Source of the DNA: the human T2T-CHM13v2.0 reference genome, Homo sapiens
DNA length: 64,000 nt
Reading direction: 5' to 3' (one strand)
Assembly: GCF_009914755.1 (NCBI RefSeq)
Contig: NC_060936.1
Each line of letters begins with the position of its first letter. Position 1 is the first letter of the stretch. Below, piece by piece: positions 57,181-64,000 of the stretch. The translations under genes and the position numbers were made by a program. The notes below the pieces were generated by a model that saw only the letters and a program-made list of their open reading frames with translations, ran no database searches and was not told where the DNA came from.

Positions 57181-58439
57181 TCCTCCCTCCCTCCCTCCCT
57201 CCCTCCCTCCCTCCCTTCCTTCCTTCCTGCTTTCCTCCTTTTCTCCCTTCTTTCCTTTACCACATTTGGCCCCTTGTGATATGGTGTGCCCCCCACTTCT
57301 CTGGGAATTGTAACAAACTATCTTTTCAATGGCAGTAATTTCCTGATCTGTTGGATTTACCATACCTAAAAATAATAAAACCAATTAAAACATTATCTAC
57401 TGTGTGTGTCAGGCACAGTTCTAGGTCCTGGAGATCCAGCACTGAGCTGGCTGAAATCTCTGCTGTCATGGGGCTTACATTCTTTCTTGCAAAGCCCTTA
57501 GAGAAAACTCTAGTGGGTCATTTGCTATGGGATGAAGCAGGTGGAAGAGTCAGCAGGTGAATAGGTTCCCTGTTCTCTCAGCATTTTGAGGAGGGGGTTA
57601 AGAAGGCTCCCTCTTCCTATTGCTGTGACTTTTAGAAGGCAAGTGTGGGTGGCTTTGTGGCCTTGACAGTCTGAGTTTGAGTGCTAATCATTTACAGCAA
57701 TACCTTGGAAAACATGAAGCCCAGCATCTAGAGACCTTGGAATATACTGAGATCAGGCATAACTTTTCTTACCTGGAGGAGAGGTTGGATAGCCAATAGT
57801 CACTAGGGAAGTTGAGTTCTGTCTGGAGTGGCATGTCCTGCTGGGAGAAAGAGGATGATGATCTTCCCAGCCCTCCAAGCTAGCCTCTTGCCAGGCAACT
57901 GGAAGGAGCTCCCCAGGTAATTCACCAGACAATCCTGCTTGTCTCCCACATTCTTATAGTTACTGAGAATGTGTTTAGCACAGTTCCTGGAACTGGAATA
58001 CTCCCTAAAAATGTGAGTTACTTCAGTTATTGTCATCTCTTCTACAATAATGTGCAGAAGCAGGCACCTACACCCAAGAATAAGGATGTGAGAAGGAAGG
58101 AGACCCATGCTCCTGGGACTTATGCCTGGAATTATGACTTATGTTATATGACTATAACATGACATACCATCTACTATACTTTCCCTCTTTAATTTTAGCA
58201 GAGAATTTTTACCAGGTGCTACTAGGTGCTACCCTGAGACACGTAATATATCTTGCTCACCCTGTCATCAGCCAAAGTCTGTGGAATACAGGCTGTGTGT
58301 AACCAATGGTGTGTATTATCTCCTCTGTGTTACAGAAATATTGTGGGAGGAAGGGTACTCAGCTGGCTAAATTCTGCAGCAACAGGCAGTAGGAAACATA
58401 CTCCACTTTCATCTGAAGAAGCTCAGTAATACTTTTTTT

Positions 58440-59530
58440 AATATATTTTATTTTTTAGAGCTGTTTGGGGTTCACAGAAAAACTGAGCAGAAAGCACAGA
58501 GAGTTCCCATATACCCCCTGTCCCCATCCCCAGACTTCCCTACTCTCAATATCCCTTACCAGAGGGTGCATTTGCTACAATTATGAACCTACATTGACCC
58601 ATCATGGTCACCCACAGTCCATAGTTTTCAGTAGACTTCACTTGTTGTGTTGTAAGTTCTATGGGTTTTGACAAATGATATAAGTTCACCATTACAGGGT
58701 GGCCTCACTGCCCTAAAAATGCTCTGTCTTCCACCTACTCATCCCTCTTCCCTGACCTCCACCCCTTGGCAACTACTGATCTTTTTGCTGTCTCCATAGC
58801 TTTGCCTTTTCCAGGATGTCATATACTTGGAATCATATAGTATGAATCATTTTCAGATTGGCTTCTTTCACTTAGTAATATGCATTTAAGTTTCCTCCAT
58901 GCCTTTTAATGGCTGGTTAGCTCATTTCTTTTTATTGCTAAATAACATTCCATTGTATGGATGAATCACAGTTTATCTGTTCCTCTACTGAAGGACATCT
59001 TGGTTTCCTTCTTCAAGTTTGGTGTTTATGAATAATATTGTGCAAAGTTTTGTGTGGATATGTTTTCAGCTCATTTGGTTAAATACCAAAGAGTGTGATG
59101 GCTGGACCATATGATAAGAGTATGGTTAGTTTTTGTAAGAATTTGCCAAACTGTCTTCCAAAGTGGCTGTACCATTTTGCATTCCCAACAGCAACAAAAA
59201 AGGGTTCCTGTTGCTCCACACCCTTGTCAGCATTTGGTGTTGCCAGAGTTTTGGATTTTGGCCATTCCAATAGGTGTGTAGTGGTCTGTCATTGTTGTTT
59301 TAACTTGCAATTCTTAATGACATATGATGCTAAGCATCTTTTCATATGCTTATTTGCCATCTGTATATCTTCTTTTGCCTATTCAGATGTTTTGCCCATT
59401 TTCAAGTTGAGTTGTTTGTTTTCTTATTACTGAGTTTTAAAGTCTTTTAAAATTTTGGATAACAGTCCTTTATGACGTATGAGTTTTGCAAATATTTTGT
59501 CCAAGTTAGTAGCTCGTCTTCTCATTCTCT
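58440..59530 (-). mobile_element. Old L1 (L1MC-like) 3' fragment
   Basis: Same L1M 3'-end motifs. Confidence 0.8.
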
Positions 59531-60321
59531 TAAAGTGATACTTTTTAGAATCAATGAATGTGGTAGAGGTCTCACAGGAAGCCAGCTTGGGCAGCTGGGT
59601 GGGAGCAGCCTACTTGAAAAGGCTCCCATGGACAGGAAGCATGTATATTTGGTGGTGGTGGGACTGGTAAGGTTAAGCCCTGGGAGGGGATTTAAAGATA
59701 ATGCAAATATCAGAGTAAATGCCTAAATAATAAGGAATTATAAATGATAAGAAATTAGGGAATTAGCATGAGGACTTGTGCTCAATAGGTGCCTAATACA
59801 CACTTGTCGAATTATTGAATTAAAATGGACAATGAGACTGGCTCTTATAGAGGGCATTTGACACTACTTACTACATGACAGTCATAGATTTTAGAAACAG
59901 GGACTTTTAGAAATCTGTTGTGCAATCCCTTCAGGTTGTAGATGACAAAATGTGGTGAGTGTCAAGGTGAAGTTACTGAAACTCATAGATGCTGAATATA
60001 AGTAACTGGTTGGGCAACTTAAGTTTCATTTGTTTAGCTAATGCTTATTCCAAAAAACAAACAATGATATGATGTTTCTTCAATCGTCAAACATATGTTA
60101 GAAAACTTGAGCCTATTGTATTGACCCATATTTTTGCTTACTGCATTTTTCCTTATTTCATGATATTCCTGAGTTCCTTCTTTTATTGTTTCCTTTCTGC
60201 TTTAAGAACTTCCTTTGGCTATTCAGTCAGGGTAGGTCTGATGGGGACAAATTCTTTTCATTTTCCTTAATGAAGCATGTCTTGATTTTCCCTCCATTCC
60301 TGAAGGATATTTTCAGTGGGT

Positions 60322-60950
60322 GTGTTGCAAAATAATGTCCTTCCCAAAGATGTCCACGTCGTACTGTCTGGAACCTGTGAATAGGTGAGGCCACATGGCA
60401 AAGAGAAATTACAGTTGAAGATGGAAGTTTCTAATTGGCCCACCTTATGTTCTTATTGTTGAGTTTTAAGAGTTCTTTTTATATTTTGGATAACAGTTCT
60501 TTATCACGTAGGAGTTTTGCAAATATTTTCTCCAAGTCAGTGGCTTGTCTTCTCATTGCTGCTATAAAATTTTTTCACAAACTAAGTGGCTTAAAAAAGT
60601 TATTACTGCATTCTCTTGGTGTGATAACTTTTTAGAATCAATGAATGTGGTAGAGGTCTTGGAGATTATCCTCCAGGATATGGAGAGAGAATGTAGAGAT
60701 GATTCTGGATTATCCAAGTGGGCCCAATATGATCACTGAGGTCCTTATATGTGAGAGATGGAGGCGGCAGGGAGAGAACCAGAGGGATGACCATATTAGA
60801 GGGGCTTGGCCAGACATTTCTGGCTGAAGACAGAGGTAGGTGCCATGAACCAAAGAATCAGGTGGCCTCTAGAAGCTGGAAAAGACAAGAAAACAGATTT
60901 CTCCCTACTGCCTCCAGAAGGAGCATAGCTCTGCTGACTCCTCGGTTTTA
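60322..60950 (+). mobile_element. MLT1-type LTR interrupted by a ~220-bp L1-derived insert
   Basis: cccaaagatgtccacgtc...gaacctgtgaa; ggattatccaagtgggcccaat; tctagaagctggaaaag. Confidence 0.65.
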
Positions 60951-61436
60951 GGGGTACCCACCTCGGTATTGGGGTGTCTTCTTACAGCCTCATGAGGGAG
61001 GAAGTCTAGACTCCCCTCTTGGCCATTGCTTGTTGTGTGGGTAGGGGCACAGTTTTAAATTTGGTGTTTAGCTCGAATGGAGTGGTTATTGTCTAGAAGT
61101 TTCTGTCTTGGTAGGCTGCCCCTCTTCTTGTCCTTTGGTTAGAAAGAGCAGGCTTTTATTGGAGCTTATTTTGTCTGGGCATGTTGGTGTTTCTGGGTTG
61201 CTGGCCTCTTTAGCACTCAGTATGAGATATGTGAGGCAAAAAGGAAACCCATGGGACTCATTACCATGTTGTTTCTTGGGTCTTGTGGTCCCTAGCCAGT
61301 CTGCCTTCTTTTCTACACCTTTGAGAGTCTTCTTATGTTTGGTTTACATATAATGCTCAGGGTTTTAAGTTGTACTGAATGGAAGGAATAGAGAAAATTA
61401 TGTCTACTCCATTTTTCCCAAGGCAGGATCTTTCTC

Positions 61437-61440
<4 letters not shown>

Positions 61441-61490
<50 letters not shown>
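61441..61490 (+). repeat. (CA)n microsatellite
   Basis: Directly visible. Confidence 0.95.
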
Positions 61491-61491
<1 letters not shown>

Positions 61492-61718
61492 CTTATCTGT
61501 ATATGCTATAGATATTTGGTGAAAAAACTCTGAAAAGGGAGCAAAACCACTCATTTGGGGAAATATTCCCAAGCAAAAAAATCTTGGTTTCCTTTTTCCT
61601 TCCTTCCTTCTTTTCTGTGTGGGGACAATCAAAGGTTTCCCAGCTGGATTTGGCAAGGGTGACATATTCTGAAACTTCTCTGGATTTCAAAGGTGGTAAG
61701 ATTCTACTAGAAGCAGGA

Positions 61719-62408
<690 letters not shown>

Positions 62409-62861
62409 TAGGGGTGAAGACAGTGTGTACTACAGTCCTTGCAGCTATCTGGCAGCGTTCTCTACTGGGTGGCCAGGGATGGAGTTAAGATACTTTGTAC
62501 CCAAACCTAGGTGCATAGTGCTGGGTATACCTCGGTATATCTAGATATCACTACTTTGAACACTTTTAAAGCAAATTAAGATTTCTTCAGGTCTTTTTAG
62601 ATGGTCCTGGCTTCAAGATTTGCTGCATTTCATCACATATACTGTTTTCATCCTTTGCCAAGTTGTCTCTGCCAATGATGACTACTAGGGCTGCAAGGAG
62701 GGATGGGTAATTATAAGCAACAAGCCCTTCCAAATGTACATGTGTAAAGACTGTAACTTGATTTGCAATTTCCAGAGCATGGAAACTTCTATTACTCTGC
62801 ATCTGATGTCATTAAAAAACTAAAGAATCAAATCAGATGGGGTCATCCCCCATTTCCTACC

Positions 62862-63212
62862 TGTCTTAGTTTGTTTTCTGTTGCTATAACTGAATATCAC
62901 AGACTGAGTAATTTGTGAAAAATAGAGGTTTATTTAGATCATAGTTATGGAGGCTGGATAATTTATAAGGAATAGAGGTTTATTTAGTTCATGGTTCAAG
63001 AGTATGGTGCCACCATCTAATGAGGGCCTTCTTGCTACATCATAACATGGTGGAGGGCATCACATGGTGAAAGGGCAAGGGCAAGCAAGACAGAGAGAGC
63101 TTGCTTTTATAACAAACCCACTCCCATGATAGCAACATTAATCCACTCATGAGGGCAGAGGGGTTAAGTTTCTAGCACATTAGTATTTTGGGGACACATT
63201 GAAACCATAGTA
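62862..63212 (-). mobile_element. MST-type MaLR LTR
   Basis: tgtcttagtttgttttctgttgctataac...ggggacacattgaaaccatag. Confidence 0.7.
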
Positions 63213-63255
63213 TTACCCCTCCTCCAAACAAGAGGAATGTAGACTTGAACACTTA

Positions 63256-63590
<335 letters not shown>

Positions 63591-63660
63591 TCAAATGAAT
63601 TTATTCAAAGAAAGTAGCTGTACCTAAATGAGATGATAGCTAGGTAAACTTGTAACTCAT

Positions 63661-63988
<328 letters not shown>

Positions 63989-64000
63989 TTACCAAGTGGA

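Overview
Primate (almost certainly human) genomic DNA that I recognise as the RBP5/CLSTN3 locus. RBP5 (cellular retinol-binding protein 5; 4 exons, 135 aa, minus strand, 7304-11959) sits head-to-head with CLSTN3 (calsyntenin-3/alcadein-beta; 18 coding exons, 956 aa, plus strand, 13801-41229). I checked all splice phases by hand and both CDSs close in frame. The most notable structure is in CLSTN3 intron 16: a ~750-nt open, very hydrophobic, non-cadherin exon (ATG 39327 to donor 40077). It splices in phase onto the last two CLSTN3 exons and gives a ~355-364 aa membrane protein sharing only the TM and cytosolic tail with the synaptic protein. This matches what I recall as the adipocyte isoform CLSTN3beta, so it is probably published, although it is not part of the canonical gene model. 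Other content: a U6 retrocopy, probable lncRNA 3' ends (C1RL-AS1-like), a CRE/CCAAT promoter, candidate CTCF sites, two minisatellites, many Alus (some nested), MER2/MER1A/MADE1 DNA transposons, MaLR LTRs, a class-I ERV gag remnant, a MER9 solo LTR and L1/L2/MIR fragments. Repeat subfamily names come from memory of consensus sequences and need RepeatMasker/Dfam confirmation.
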